A stretch of 64,000 nucleotides of DNA from Escherichia coli (GCF_013122565.1 NZ_CP053258.1); one strand, 5' to 3'. Counted from the stretch's first letter, positions 9,063-21,974 are shown. Numbers and translations: made by a program. The notes: generated from the sequence alone by a model not told the origin.

Positions 9063-9553
9063 GCACCTCCCGCCAGCGTCCGGGCAGCCACCTGCTGCCC
9101 ACACTGTTTGACCGTCTGTGCGATGACGCCCCAGACCAGAAGCGCGACCACGATATCAGCGTCAGCCCGGTTCAGCTTAAGGAGATCATCCGCCGGGACT
9201 TGTCGTTTCTGCTCAACACCGTCAGCCATGAAGATGATATTGATGCCGCACGTTACCCACACGCGGCAGCATCTGTACTGAACTACGGCCTGCCGCCACT
9301 GGCGGGCAGCTTTCTGTATGAACACAAGTGGGACGATATCCGCAGGGCCATTTTGCGTACCATCACCCGGTTTGAACCCCGGCTGAAAGCGTCCACCCTG
9401 CAAATCATCCCACTTCAGGATGAGCGCCGCCAGAGTGGCCATAACACATTACAGTTTGAAATTCGCGGCGAGATCCTCACGCAGCCTTACCCGACGGCAT
9501 TCCGGGTACGCAGCGCGCTGGATATGGAACAAAGCCGCATTACGTTTTTTTAA
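9059..9553 (+). CDS. tssE: T6SS baseplate protein TssE (gp25-like)
   Basis: 164 aa; GTG start overlapping tagJ stop (GTGA); gp25/TssE-like sequence; precedes tssF-tssG. Confidence 0.85.
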   Translation: MSTSRQRPGSHLLPTLFDRLCDDAPDQKRDHDISVSPVQLKEIIRRDLSFLLNTVSHEDDIDAARYPHAAASVLNYGLPPLAGSFLYEHKWDDIRRAILRTITRFEPRLKASTLQIIPLQDERRQSGHNTLQFEIRGEILTQPYPTAFRVRSALDMEQSRITFF

Positions 9554-9568
9554 TTCAGAGAGAAACCG

Positions 9569-11452
9569 ATGGATCCACGGCTACTGGAATACTACAACCG
9601 CGAACTGAGCTATCTGCGGGAAACGGGAGCCGAATTTGCCGCCCGTCATCCCAAAGTCGCCGCCCGGCTGGGCATGCAGGGAACGGATATTGCCGATCCG
9701 TATGTGGAGCGGATGGTCGAAGCCTTCAGCTTCCTGACCGCCCGCACGCAGCTAAAAATTGACGCTGAATTCCCTCGTTTCACCCAGCGCCTGCTGGAAG
9801 TGGTCAGCCCCAATTACGTCACACCCACGCCCTCAATGAGCGTGGCGCAGTTGCATCCCGATACGGAAGAAGGCGATCTGGCAAAAGGATTTACCGTCCC
9901 GCGCGACACGGCCTTTTTCTCCGCCATTCCGGAAGGCGAAAGCACTGCCTGCCAGTTTCGCAGCAGCCAGGATGTAACGCTGTGGCCGCTCGCCATCGAA
10001 GAGGCGCGACTGACCGCCGCGCCGCCGGATATGCCTGCCCTGCACCGCTACCTGCCGGCCAACATTCACGTCGCCGGGGCGCTGCGTATTACCCTGCGCA
10101 CCTTTGGTGAACTAACGTTCAGTCAGCTTGCCGGACTGGACAGGCTGCCGTTTTATCTCTGCGGCGAGGAGCGTACGGCCTCACACCTGTTCGAACTTCT
10201 ACATACCAGCGCCATCGCGACCCTGGCTGGCATTCCGGGACATTTTGACGGCGCGTTGGATGTGAATCTGCAACAGCCCGTTATGTACGAAGGCCTGGAG
10301 CCGGATCAGGGGCTGCTGCCGCTGGCGTGGAACGTGTTTCACGGTCATAACCTGCTGCATGAATATTTTGCCTGTCCGGAACGCTTCTATTTTTTCACCC
10401 CGACAGGCCTGTCTGCCGGATTACAGAAAATTGACGGTGGCGTGGCGGAGATTGTTATCCTGCTGAACCGCCTGCCGCCGGACTGGCTGATCCACCAGAC
10501 AAATACGGCACAGTTCAGCCTGTTCTGTACCCCGGTTATCAACCTGTTTCCCCGCGTCACCGCCCGGATCGATGTCACGCACAGCACGACGGAACAGCAT
10601 CTGGTGGTGGACAGAACCCATCCGCTGGATTATGAGGTGTTCTCGGTCCAGGAAGTGGAAGGGCTGGAAACCGACACCACACGGAAGATGGCCTTTCGCC
10701 CGCTCTACCACACCCGCAATAACGATGAAGGCAATCACGGGCGTTATTTTTCCCTGCGCCGGGAGCCGCGCCGCTTATCAGAAAACGCCCGCCGTTACGG
10801 TACCCGTACTCCCTATACGGGATCAGAAGTGTTCCTGTCGCTGGTTGACCAGTATGAAGCGCCGTACCCGGAAAATCTGCGCCACATCACCATCACGGCC
10901 ATGATCACTAACCGCGATCTGCCCTGTCTTATTGCCCGCAATGGCCGGGACGATCTAACCGTGGATGCGGCCATCCCGGTGGCGGGCGTAGGGCTTATCC
11001 GCCCGCCACGCTCGCCGCAGCCCCCGCTGGCTGAACGTGAGATGGCATGGCGGTTGATCCGCCAGTTATCTTTTAATTATCTGCCGCTGGCCGATCTGGA
11101 TCACCGTACCGGCGGCCAGGCGTTGCGAGATCTGCTGAACCTGTTTATTCCTGCTCATGACAGTCCGCAATCGCGCCAGGTGCGCAGCCTGATTGGTTGT
11201 AAAACGACCCCGGTCACCCGCCGTCTGCCCGGTTCCGGACTACTGGTCTATGGGCGTGGCGTCAGTTGTGAACTGACGGTGGATGAAGAAGGTTTTTCCG
11301 GCATCAGTCCGTATCTGTTCGGCCTGGTGCTGGAACACTATATCGCCCGCCATGTTTCCATTAATACCTTCTCGCAGATGACGCTGCACAGCATGCAGCG
11401 TGGCAAAATTATGACCTGGCCTGTCAGGGCGGGACAGCGGGGAAGCGTATGA
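9569..11452 (+). CDS. tssF: T6SS baseplate protein TssF (ImpG)
   Basis: 627 aa; recognisable TssF sequence; stop overlaps tssG start (ATGA). Confidence 0.92.
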   Translation: MDPRLLEYYNRELSYLRETGAEFAARHPKVAARLGMQGTDIADPYVERMVEAFSFLTARTQLKIDAEFPRFTQRLLEVVSPNYVTPTPSMSVAQLHPDTEEGDLAKGFTVPRDTAFFSAIPEGESTACQFRSSQDVTLWPLAIEEARLTAAPPDMPALHRYLPANIHVAGALRITLRTFGELTFSQLAGLDRLPFYLCGEERTASHLFELLHTSAIATLAGIPGHFDGALDVNLQQPVMYEGLEPDQGLLPLAWNVFHGHNLLHEYFACPERFYFFTPTGLSAGLQKIDGGVAEIVILLNRLPPDWLIHQTNTAQFSLFCTPVINLFPRVTARIDVTHSTTEQHLVVDRTHPLDYEVFSVQEVEGLETDTTRKMAFRPLYHTRNNDEGNHGRYFSLRREPRRLSENARRYGTRTPYTGSEVFLSLVDQYEAPYPENLRHITITAMITNRDLPCLIARNGRDDLTVDAAIPVAGVGLIRPPRSPQPPLAEREMAWRLIRQLSFNYLPLADLDHRTGGQALRDLLNLFIPAHDSPQSRQVRSLIGCKTTPVTRRLPGSGLLVYGRGVSCELTVDEEGFSGISPYLFGLVLEHYIARHVSINTFSQMTLHSMQRGKIMTWPVRAGQRGSV

Positions 11453-12444
11453 GCAACGATTTCACTCAGGCGCAGGAAACCCCCTGGCGTTACGGTTTTC
11501 TGAACCTGATGCGCCGCGTTGATGTGCAGTTGTGTACCGTTCCGGCGGACAACACCTGGCAACCACGGATGGAAAAATTTCGCCTCGGACAAACGCCCAC
11601 GCTGACCTTTGCGCCACGGGAAATCGCCAGTGTGAGCTGGCAGGAAGGACGCCTGCATATCAGCCTGTACAGTCTCGGGCTGTGGGGGCCGAACGGTCCG
11701 TTGCCGCTGCACTACACCGAACTGGCGCGCAACCGGACCGAAAGCCGACGCGATCCGACGCTGACCCGTTTTTCCGATCTTTTTCATCACCGCTGGCTGA
11801 CGCAGTTTTACCAGGCATGGCGCAGCGCCCAGTCAGCCGGGGGCGGTCTGGATAAACCGCAGCATGACCGCTTTGCCTTTTATATCGCCAGCCTCAGCGG
11901 GCAGGATTTAAGGGAGAGCGCCGACAGCCCGTTGCCGGATCACGTTCGCCTGGCGGCATCGGCGCATCTGGTGCGTGAGTCCCGCAATCCGGACGGTCTG
12001 GCCGCCACGCTGGCGCACTATTTTGGCGTACCTTTCCGGATACAGGAGTATGTCCTGCACTGGATAGCCGTGGCGGAGGATGAGATCACCCGGCTGGGGA
12101 TGCCTGCCCCCTCTTCCGTTATTGGCAATGGTGCACTCATCGGCCAGGCCGTGCCGGACATGCAGTATAAGTTCCGGCTGGTTATCGGCCCGCTGACGCT
12201 GGAGGATTACCGACGTTTTCTGCCTGGCGGCAATAACCTGCCCGTCCTGACAGAACTGGTCCGCGCCTTTAGTGGTTTTGAATACTGCTGGGAAATTGAG
12301 CTACAACTAAAGCCCCACGCCGCCCCTCCGGCTGTTACCGGTGGTCCGTACCAACTGGGTTGGACCGCATGGGCGGGTAAAGCCATGCACGACAACCCGG
12401 TGACGGGCATGATTTTCGAACCAGAACACTACCTGGCGCACTGA
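11449..12444 (+). CDS. tssG: T6SS baseplate protein TssG (ImpH)
   Basis: 331 aa; recognisable TssG sequence; translationally coupled to tssF. Confidence 0.9.
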   Translation: MSNDFTQAQETPWRYGFLNLMRRVDVQLCTVPADNTWQPRMEKFRLGQTPTLTFAPREIASVSWQEGRLHISLYSLGLWGPNGPLPLHYTELARNRTESRRDPTLTRFSDLFHHRWLTQFYQAWRSAQSAGGGLDKPQHDRFAFYIASLSGQDLRESADSPLPDHVRLAASAHLVRESRNPDGLAATLAHYFGVPFRIQEYVLHWIAVAEDEITRLGMPAPSSVIGNGALIGQAVPDMQYKFRLVIGPLTLEDYRRFLPGGNNLPVLTELVRAFSGFEYCWEIELQLKPHAAPPAVTGGPYQLGWTAWAGKAMHDNPVTGMIFEPEHYLAH

Positions 12445-12454
12445 GGATAATTAA

Positions 12455-13501
12455 ATGGAAATATTCCTGTCTGACCCAATTTCGGCGGAATGTCCCTGCG
12501 GCCCGGATCTGGAGTACGATCCGGAATACCTGCTACTGTTCACTCGCGCCGCACCGCGTGAAGAAGCGCAATACGGCGATTTTGTCAGTACGCCGGAAAC
12601 CATTAACTGGGCGGAGCTTGAGCGGGACGCCCATCGTCTGCTGATGCGCAGCAAAGATATCCGCATTCTGGTTGTCCTGCTGCGCTGCCGTATCCAGCAG
12701 GCCGGCGCACAGGGACTGGCAGACGCGCTCGCGTTGCTGGAAACGTTGTGCGCCACGTACCCGGACGCCATCCATCCGCAACTGCTCGCGACTGAAGATA
12801 TCACCGCCGAAGAGGCGGCAGTGGCACGTAGTAACGCGCTGGCGGCGTTGCTGGACCACGAAGGAGTAATGGCGGATATTCGTGGCATTACACTGTCAAA
12901 TAATGTCGCCATGTGCCTTCAGGTTCGCGATGTGGAGCGTTCGCTGTCAGCATCACGCCCGGCGGATGCGCTGGCACCGGAATCAGTACGCCAGCAACTG
13001 GCCGACCTGGAAGCGCGCGGCACATTGCCGCTGGATGCCTTTCGCCAGGCCGCAGAGACCACTGAACGGCTGCAACGCCATGCGCGTGAAACGCTGAATG
13101 ACCAGGCACCGGACTTCTCCCGTCTGACGCAACTGCTGGCCCTGTTACCGGGAGCAGTGCAGAGCACCACGCCGGAGATCCTGCCACAACCACAGGCTGA
13201 ACAGCCGGAGAATGCCACCATCGATAATACTGAAAAGATGCAGGCAGAGCAGATTGCGCTAGCGGTGCATATCGCGGAGGAAATATCACCGATATCCGGC
13301 GCAGAACCTCGGCAGATCCGCGACCGGAACGATGCGCTGGAACGCCTGCGTGTCATCCGTCGCTGGTTTGAGCACAGCGAACCGAGCAGCCCGACCATTC
13401 CTTTGCTGCTCCAGGCAGAACGCCTGGTCGGAAAACGCTTCTCTGAGGTAATAAATGAAATTCCAGTAGAACTGCTGGAGAAATGGGATGCGCTGGAGTA
13501 A
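12455..13501 (+). CDS. tssA: T6SS protein TssA (ImpA N-terminal domain family, short form)
   Basis: 348 aa; N-terminal ImpA_N signature (DPISAECPCGPDLEYDPEY); SD GAGG upstream. Confidence 0.85.
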   Translation: MEIFLSDPISAECPCGPDLEYDPEYLLLFTRAAPREEAQYGDFVSTPETINWAELERDAHRLLMRSKDIRILVVLLRCRIQQAGAQGLADALALLETLCATYPDAIHPQLLATEDITAEEAAVARSNALAALLDHEGVMADIRGITLSNNVAMCLQVRDVERSLSASRPADALAPESVRQQLADLEARGTLPLDAFRQAAETTERLQRHARETLNDQAPDFSRLTQLLALLPGAVQSTTPEILPQPQAEQPENATIDNTEKMQAEQIALAVHIAEEISPISGAEPRQIRDRNDALERLRVIRRWFEHSEPSSPTIPLLLQAERLVGKRFSEVINEIPVELLEKWDALE

Positions 13502-13592
13502 CAGAAGTGGTCAGAATTTATAATGTCTGGCCATTTTTAAATCATATCGTTTTACTTCCGGAGTGAAAAATTCTCACTTCACCAAAACGACG

Positions 13593-13624
13593 AAAGCCCG
13601 AATCATTGCTGATTCGGGCTTTCT
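13593..13624 (-). terminator. Hairpin terminator 3' of aspV
   Basis: Perfect inverted repeat GAAAGCCCGAATC…GATTCGGGCTTTC immediately downstream of the tRNA 3' end, followed by a T-run on the minus strand. Confidence 0.6.
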
Positions 13625-13630
13625 GAATAT

Positions 13631-13707
13631 TGGCGGAACGGACGGGACTCGAACCCGCGACCCCCTGCGTGACAGGCAGGTATTCTAACCGACTGAACTA
13701 CCGCTCC
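13631..13707 (-). tRNA. aspV: tRNA-Asp (GTC)
   Basis: Reverse complement matches the E. coli tRNA-Asp sequence including encoded CCA. Confidence 0.97.
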
Positions 13708-13839
13708 GCGTTGTGTTCCGTTGGGAACGAGGCGAATATTACGGATTGCCTCACCCTTCGTCAACGGTTTTTCTCATCCTTTGAATCGTTTGCTGCAAAA
13801 ATCGCCCAAGTCGCTATTTTTAGCGCCTTTTACATGTAT

Positions 13840-14571
13840 TTATGCCCGCCAGAGGCAGCTTCCGCCCTTTTTCTGCACCAGATCGAGACGGGCTTCATGT
13901 GCTGCAAGCTCTTCATCTGTCGCAAAAACAACGCGTAACTTACTTGCCTGACGTACAAGGCGCTGGATTGTTGCTTCACCTTGTTGCTGTTGTGTCTCTC
14001 CTTCCATCGCAAAAGCCATCGACGTTTGACCACCGGTCATCGCCAGATAAACTTCCGCAAGGATCTGGGCATCGAGTAATGCCCCGTGCAGCGTTCGTTT
14101 ACTGTTATCTATTTCGTAGCGAGCACATAACGCATCGAGGCTGTTGCGCTTACCGGGAAACATTTTCCTCGCCACCGCAAGGCTATCGGTGACCTTACAG
14201 AAGGTATTGGTCTTCGGAATATCGCGCTTAAGCAACGAAAACTCGTAGTCCATAAAGCCGATATCGAACGCTGCGTTATGGATCACCAACTCCGCGCCGC
14301 GGATATAGTCCATGAACTCATCGGCTACTTCGGCAAACGTGGGCTTATCGAGCAAAAATTCATCGGCAATACCATGTACGCCAAAGGCTTCAGGATCCAC
14401 CAGCCGATCGGGTTTGAGATAAACATGGAAGTTATTGCCCGTCAGGCGACGGTTCACCACTTCAACGGCACCAATCTCAATGATCTTGTGGCCTTCATAG
14501 TGCGCACCAATCTGGTTCATACCGGTGGTTTCGGTATCGAGAACGATCTGGCGTGTAATTGCAGTGCTCAT
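13840..14571 (-). CDS. dnaQ: DNA polymerase III epsilon subunit (3'-5' proofreading exonuclease)
   Basis: Protein begins [18 protein letters not shown]; ORF trimmed to the ATG giving 243 aa. Confidence 0.95.
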
Positions 14572-14635
14572 AGCGGTCATTTATGTCAGACTTGTCGTTT
14601 TACAGTTCGATTCAATTACAGGAAGTCTACCAGAG

Positions 14636-15103
14636 ATGCTTAAACAGGTAGAAATTTTCACCGATGGTTCGTGTCTGGGTAATCCTGGACCTGGGGGTTA
14701 CGGCGCTATTTTACGCTATCGCGGACGCGAGAAAACCTTTAGCGCAGGCTACACCCGCACCACCAACAACCGTATGGAGTTGATGGCCGCTATTGTCGCG
14801 CTGGAGGCGTTAAAAGAACATTGCGAAGTCATTTTGAGTACCGACAGCCAGTATGTACGCCAGGGTATCACCCAGTGGATCCATAACTGGAAAAAACGTG
14901 GCTGGAAAACCGCAGACAAAAAACCAGTAAAAAATGTCGATCTCTGGCAACGTCTTGATGCTGCGCTGGGGCAACATCAAATCAAATGGGAATGGGTTAA
15001 AGGCCATGCCGGACACCCGGAAAACGAACGCTGTGATGAACTGGCTCGTGCTGCGGCGATGAATCCCACACTGGAAGATACGGGCTATCAAGTCGAAGTT
15101 TAA
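14636..15103 (+). CDS. rnhA: Ribonuclease HI
   Basis: 155-aa product from ATG at 14636 ([23 protein letters not shown]…); divergent from dnaQ. Confidence 0.95.
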
Positions 15104-15840
15104 GCCTGTGGTTTACGACATTGCCGGGTGGCTCCAACCGCCTGGCGAATTCGTGGCTTGTTTTTACTCTGTTTCATCTGATTTAGCGTTAAAGGAATAG
15201 TCCGTTTCCGGGCAACAATAAGTTGTAAGCAACCAAGCGCAGGAATATGCGCATTCAATAGTTTTCCTCCGTGTTTGTTCCACGGGAGAACGTGGAAACG
15301 GCTGGCGTGTAGCACTTCAAAATTCAACAAAGAGAGCCAATCCAGTTGCCGCATCAGAGTAAACATCCGGCTATTATAGGGCGAGGTTTTGCGCAATACC
15401 GGTACAAGTTTGCGTAATCCCATTAAACTGATGGGATTGAAGCCACTAATGACCAGCCAGCCATCATCAATCAATACCCGATCGGCCTCACGCAATAAAC
15501 GATGTGGATCGGTGCACCACGGCAATGTATGTGCCAGTAGACAAACATCAACGGATTTATCGGCAAAAGGAAGATGAAGTGGGTCCGCCTGTACCTGGAC
15601 GGGCATTCCTTGCGCAGAAACATTCACTTGATGAGAAACCGCGCACGCTTCGCAATTGATTTCTGCGCTTAAATTGCCAATCTTAAGCAGATGAAAACCA
15701 TACATTTTAGTGAACCACGGGTTGAGCTGGCGCTCCAGCGCCTTGCGATAAAGCTCTCCCCAGGGCAAATCGCCCCAGCAATCAGGAGCCACGACAGTTT
15801 GAGGGACTCTTGCCGGTTTCATCACAACCTTCCGTTTCAC
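15100..15840 (-). CDS. yafS: Putative SAM-dependent methyltransferase YafS
   Basis: 246-aa ORF; position between rnhA and gloB. Confidence 0.85.
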
Positions 15841-15852
15841 ACTGAGAGGTAA

Positions 15853-16611
<759 letters not shown>

Positions 16612-16682
16612 TAAAACTTTCTTGTCATCGGCTCCATTCGCCGTTATGATCGGTCGTCTTTTAAGCAACTATTGACACACAC

Positions 16683-18041
16683 ATGAAGGCAAAAGCGATA
16701 TTACTCGCCTCTGTCCTGCTCGTGGGTTGCCAGAGTACCGGCAACGTTCAACAGCACGCACAGAGCCTTTCTGCAGCTGGTCAAGGGGAAGCAGCAAAGT
16801 TTACAAGTCAGGCACGATGGATGGACGATGGGACGTCTATCGCGCCAGATGGTGACTTGTGGGCTTTCATTGGCGACGAGCTAAAGATGGGAATTCCGGA
16901 AAATGACCGGATTCGCGAACAGAAACAGAAATATTTACGCAATAAGAGCTATCTCCACGATGTAACTTTACGGGCAGAGCCGTATATGTACTGGATAGCC
17001 GGGCAAGTTAAAAAACGTAACATGCCTATGGAACTGGTACTACTACCCATAGTGGAGAGCGCTTTTGATCCTCACGCAACGTCTGGCGCCAATGCCGCAG
17101 GCATCTGGCAGATCATTCCGAGCACGGGGCGCAATTATGGTTTGAAACAGACCCGCAATTATGACGCGCGTCGCGATGTTGTTGCTTCCACAACTGCCGC
17201 GCTGAACATGATGCAGCGTCTGAACAAGATGTTTGACGGCGACTGGCTTCTGACCGTAGCGGCTTATAACAGCGGCGAAGGTCGGGTCATGAAGGCAATT
17301 AAAACGAACAAAGCGCGTGGGAAATCCACGGACTTCTGGTCGTTACCGTTGCCGCAGGAAACGAAGCAGTACGTGCCTAAAATGCTGGCATTGAGTGATA
17401 TTCTCAAAAACAGCAAGCGTTATGGCGTACGTCTGCCAACGACCGATGAAAGCCGTGCTCTGGCGCGTGTGCACCTGAGCAGCCCGGTTGAAATGGCGAA
17501 GGTTGCAGATATGGCGGGGATTTCCGTCAGCAAGCTGAAGACATTCAACGCTGGCGTGAAAGGCTCCACGCTGGGCGCAAGTGGTCCGCAGTACGTGATG
17601 GTGCCAAAGAAGCATGCAGATCAACTGCGTGAATCTCTGGCTTCAGGTGAAATTGCTGCTGTACAGTCGACGCTGGTTGCCGACAATACGCCGCTTAACA
17701 GCCGTGTTTACACCGTACGCTCTGGCGACACGCTTTCAAGTATCGCTTCACGTCTCGGCGTAAGCACCAAAGATTTGCAGCAGTGGAACAAACTGCGCGG
17801 ATCTAAGCTGAAGCCAGGCCAAAGTTTGACGGTTGGTGCAGGCAGTAGCGCACAGCGGTTGGCAAACAACAGCGATAGCATTACGTATCGTGTGCGCAAA
17901 GGCGATTCGCTTTCAAGCATTGCTAAACGCCACGGCGTGAACATCAAAGATGTGATGCGCTGGAACAGCGACACTGCGAATCTGCAACCAGGCGATAAGC
18001 TGACGTTGTTTGTGAAAAACAACAACATGCCAGATTCCTGA
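16683..18041 (+). CDS. mltD: Membrane-bound lytic murein transglycosylase D
   Basis: 452 aa; lipoprotein signal (LLVGC), transglycosylase domain and C-terminal LysM repeats. Confidence 0.95.
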   Translation: MKAKAILLASVLLVGCQSTGNVQQHAQSLSAAGQGEAAKFTSQARWMDDGTSIAPDGDLWAFIGDELKMGIPENDRIREQKQKYLRNKSYLHDVTLRAEPYMYWIAGQVKKRNMPMELVLLPIVESAFDPHATSGANAAGIWQIIPSTGRNYGLKQTRNYDARRDVVASTTAALNMMQRLNKMFDGDWLLTVAAYNSGEGRVMKAIKTNKARGKSTDFWSLPLPQETKQYVPKMLALSDILKNSKRYGVRLPTTDESRALARVHLSSPVEMAKVADMAGISVSKLKTFNAGVKGSTLGASGPQYVMVPKKHADQLRESLASGEIAAVQSTLVADNTPLNSRVYTVRSGDTLSSIASRLGVSTKDLQQWNKLRGSKLKPGQSLTVGAGSSAQRLANNSDSITYRVRKGDSLSSIAKRHGVNIKDVMRWNSDTANLQPGDKLTLFVKNNNMPDS

Positions 18042-18058
18042 CAAACCAGATAATAAAA

Positions 18059-18086
18059 AGGCACCGATTCCCCCGGTGCCTTTTTT
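18059..18086. terminator. Bidirectional Rho-independent terminator between convergent mltD and yafE
   Basis: AAAAAGGCACCGATTCCCCCGGTGCCTTTTTT: GC stem flanked by A-run and T-run. Confidence 0.75.
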
Positions 18087-18088
18087 AT

Positions 18089-18859
18089 TTATGCCGCTTT
18101 ATGTGCTTCTACCATGATGATATCACTGGTGAAAGAGCCATCATTCTGCAAGGAAAAATACGTTCTCACCTCTGTCGATGCGCTCTGTTGGTAAATGCGA
18201 ATAGCGTCTACTAACGCTTCTGGCGTACGCATTCTCACGACCCATGAAGAAAATTCCAGCGGTAACTTATCTGTAATTAAATTATCAACTATCAGATTGG
18301 CTTCATTGATTAACGTCAACCACTCACCGCTGGCGTAGTTTCGTACGTGAGAGGTATCGCGTAATGCTTCTACCGTCTGTAACCAGATGTCGCGCACTGG
18401 GTGGCCCGGAGACATTACGTCCATCACAATCAGCCTACCGCCAGGTTTCAATATCCTATTCACTTCACGCAGTGCTGCACCAACATCATGCCAGTGATGG
18501 GCAGAATAACGGCTGATAACAATATCAAATGCGTTATCGGCAAATGGCAGACTTTCGGCATAACCCTGGCGGGTGGTGATATTTTTCAGTTGCCGGGCTT
18601 CGGCAGCTTGTGCCACGACATCCAGCATTTGGGCAGATAAGTCATACGCCACCACCGTGCTCACGTTTTGCGCAGCGACAAAGCTGGCATGCCCTGCTCC
18701 GCAGCCCATATCAAGTACACTTGCATCAGGATAATCAGCCAGACACACCGCCAGGCGCTGTAAATCTCGTCCGGATGCATGTACGGTACTGGTCAGATAT
18801 TCGCTGGCTTGAGAGCTAAACTGCTTTTCTACGTGGTCATGGTGGGATTGTGTTGTCAT
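18089..18859 (-). CDS. yafE: Putative SAM-dependent methyltransferase YafE
   Basis: 256-aa ORF with methyltransferase motif (VLDMGCGAGH). Confidence 0.85.
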   Translation of the reverse strand: MTTQSHHDHVEKQFSSQASEYLTSTVHASGRDLQRLAVCLADYPDASVLDMGCGAGHASFVAAQNVSTVVAYDLSAQMLDVVAQAAEARQLKNITTRQGYAESLPFADNAFDIVISRYSAHHWHDVGAALREVNRILKPGGRLIVMDVMSPGHPVRDIWLQTVEALRDTSHVRNYASGEWLTLINEANLIVDNLITDKLPLEFSSWVVRMRTPEALVDAIRIYQQSASTEVRTYFSLQNDGSFTSDIIMVEAHKAA

Positions 18860-18936
18860 TGCGCTGTCCTTTTGTTGTTTGAGTATAAAAGGGCAGCGCC
18901 AAACGTTGGTCTGCCCTGTGGCAGACCTGACATACC

Positions 18937-19788
<852 letters not shown>

Positions 19789-19977
19789 CTACTGTTATAG
19801 GGATTTTAGCTCACTCTTTCAACGAGCAATTGTATATTGTTATGTAAGCAAGTGCTTACACCGGTCAGAATTTTGCTCATTATTGAGAACATTAAATCGG
19901 ATGACATATCACGCATCCTGATGGTTTAATGACAAATAAATTCAAAATATCTCTTCTATTTTGCAACAGGAGCAAAA

Positions 19978-20892
19978 ATGAAAGCCACGTCGGAAGAACT
20001 CGCCATTTTTGTTTCGGTCGTCGAAAGCGGCAGCTTTAGCCGGGCAGCGGAACAATTAGGGCAAGCAAACTCAGCGGTAAGCCGGGCGGTGAAAAAGCTG
20101 GAGATGAAACTTGGCGTTAGCCTGCTTAATCGGACCACGCGACAACTTAGCCTGACGGAAGAAGGCGAGCGTTATTTTCGTCGCGTACAGTCAATTTTGC
20201 AGGAGATGGCAGCGGCAGAATCAGAAATTATGGAGACGCGTAATACACCGCGTGGACTGTTACGGATCGATGCCGCAACTCCAGTGGTGCTGCACTTTCT
20301 AATGCCGTTAATTAAGCCTTTCCGTGAACGCTATCCGGAAGTCACTTTATCGCTAGTCTCCTCCGAAACGATTATTAATTTGATCGAAAGAAAAGTGGAT
20401 GTCGCGATACGCGCCGGTACGTTAACGGATTCCAGCTTACGTGCCAGACCGTTATTTAACAGTTATCGAAAAATTATCGCCTCCCCCGATTATATTTCCC
20501 GCTACGGGAAGCCAGAAACGATCGACGATTTAAAGCAACATGTTTGCCTGGGATTCACTGAACCCGCTTCCCTCAATACCTGGCCGATAGCCTGTAGTGA
20601 TGGACAATTACATGAGGTGAAGTACGGTTTGTCATCCAATAGTGGGGAAACACTGAAACAGCTTTGCCTGAGTGGCAACGGGATTGCGTGTTTGTCCGAC
20701 TACATGATCGACAAAGAAATCGCTCGCGGAGAATTGGTGGAGTTAATGGCAGATAAAGTGTTGCCAGTGGAAATGCCATTCAGTGCAGTCTATTACAGCG
20801 ACCGTGCGGTAAGTACGCGCATCCGGGCTTTTATCGATTTCCTTAGCGAGCATGTAAAAACAGCTCCCGGAGGAGCTGTCAGAGAGGCTTAA
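19978..20892 (+). CDS. yafC: LysR-family transcriptional regulator YafC
   Basis: 304 aa; N-terminal LysR HTH region. Confidence 0.9.
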   Translation: MKATSEELAIFVSVVESGSFSRAAEQLGQANSAVSRAVKKLEMKLGVSLLNRTTRQLSLTEEGERYFRRVQSILQEMAAAESEIMETRNTPRGLLRIDAATPVVLHFLMPLIKPFRERYPEVTLSLVSSETIINLIERKVDVAIRAGTLTDSSLRARPLFNSYRKIIASPDYISRYGKPETIDDLKQHVCLGFTEPASLNTWPIACSDGQLHEVKYGLSSNSGETLKQLCLSGNGIACLSDYMIDKEIARGELVELMADKVLPVEMPFSAVYYSDRAVSTRIRAFIDFLSEHVKTAPGGAVREA

Positions 20893-21692
20893 TCCCATTC
20901 AGGAGCCAGACCTTCCGGACTAACCAGGCGGTCGTTGCAATCCAGTGCGGCGATCGCTTTTTTATCTTCGACATCAAGCTGTAAATTTTGTGCCTTAAGA
21001 TTACTCTCCAGGTTTTCACGTTTAGTAGAAGAAGGAATTACTGAGTAACCTTCCCCCATAGCCCACGCCAGAATCACTTGTGCCGGAGTCGCATTGTGTT
21101 TAGCTGCGATACGAGCAATAACCTCATCTTTCAGGGCCTTACCATACGCCAGCGTCATATAGGAAGTAATATGGATGCCGTGCTGTTTAGCCCAGGCAAC
21201 CACTTTACGGTTTTGCAGATAAGGAGAGAGTTCAATCTGGTTAGTAGCGATGTTTTCAGCGCCAACAGCAGCAATCGCTTTTTCCATCAACGGGATCGTG
21301 AAGTTGGAAATACCGATCTCACGCGTCAGCCCTTGTTTTTTGGCTTCCCGCAGCGCCTGCATAAACTCTTCAACAGAGACTTCATCGTTTGGTGACGGCC
21401 AGTGGATTAGCGTCAGATCAACATAATCGGTACGCAATTTTTGCAGGCTCTCTTTTAGACTCGGGATCAATTTGTCTTTGCTGAGATTTTCAATCCAGAT
21501 TTTAGTGGTGATGTAGAGTTCATGACGTGGCACGCCACTTTCTGCAATCGCCTGACCTACTGCGGCTTCGTTATCATAGATTTGTGCGGTATCAATTGCG
21601 CGATAACCAAGTTCAAGCGCCGTTTTCACAGATGAAATAACAACGTCGTCTTTCAGACGGAAAGTACCTAAACCAAATGCAGGGATAGCCAT
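20889..21692 (-). CDS. dkgB: 2,5-diketo-D-gluconate reductase B / methylglyoxal reductase (aldo-keto reductase)
   Basis: 267 aa; aldo-keto reductase sequence ([13 protein letters not shown]…). Confidence 0.92.
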   Translation of the reverse strand: MAIPAFGLGTFRLKDDVVISSVKTALELGYRAIDTAQIYDNEAAVGQAIAESGVPRHELYITTKIWIENLSKDKLIPSLKESLQKLRTDYVDLTLIHWPSPNDEVSVEEFMQALREAKKQGLTREIGISNFTIPLMEKAIAAVGAENIATNQIELSPYLQNRKVVAWAKQHGIHITSYMTLAYGKALKDEVIARIAAKHNATPAQVILAWAMGEGYSVIPSSTKRENLESNLKAQNLQLDVEDKKAIAALDCNDRLVSPEGLAPEWD

Positions 21693-21854
21693 AATATGCC
21701 TCTTTTAATGCTATTTTCGTTAACTGAGGTGATTATGGGCTTCAGACTGTTGCGGAAAAAGAGCGTAAAACGCAGAGGATTTTTGCGATTCTGGCAATAA
21801 TAGATATCCAGACGAAAAAAAACCTCGAGCATTAACTCGAGGCTTCTTAATAAG

Positions 21855-21931
21855 TGGCGGAACGGACGGGACTCGAACCCGCGACCCCCTGCGTGACAGG
21901 CAGGTATTCTAACCGACTGAACTACCGCTCC
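21855..21931 (-). tRNA. aspU: tRNA-Asp (GTC), distal tRNA of rrnH operon
   Basis: Identical 77-nt tRNA-Asp sequence as at 13631-13707; downstream of 5S rRNA. Confidence 0.97.
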
Positions 21932-21974
21932 ACCGAATTCTTTTACAACCACCGGTTTTATGACCGGCTTACTG

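Noticed and set aside
12888-13398. 133-aa and 159-aa minus-strand ORFs inside tssA
   Set aside because: Antisense to tssA, which has a clear ImpA_N signature and good RBS; Ser/Arg/Cys-rich translations look like reverse-frame artefacts
13630-13951. 102-aa and 76-aa plus-strand ORFs overlapping aspV and the dnaQ 3' end
   Set aside because: Overlap a tRNA gene and its promoter/terminator; no coding signal
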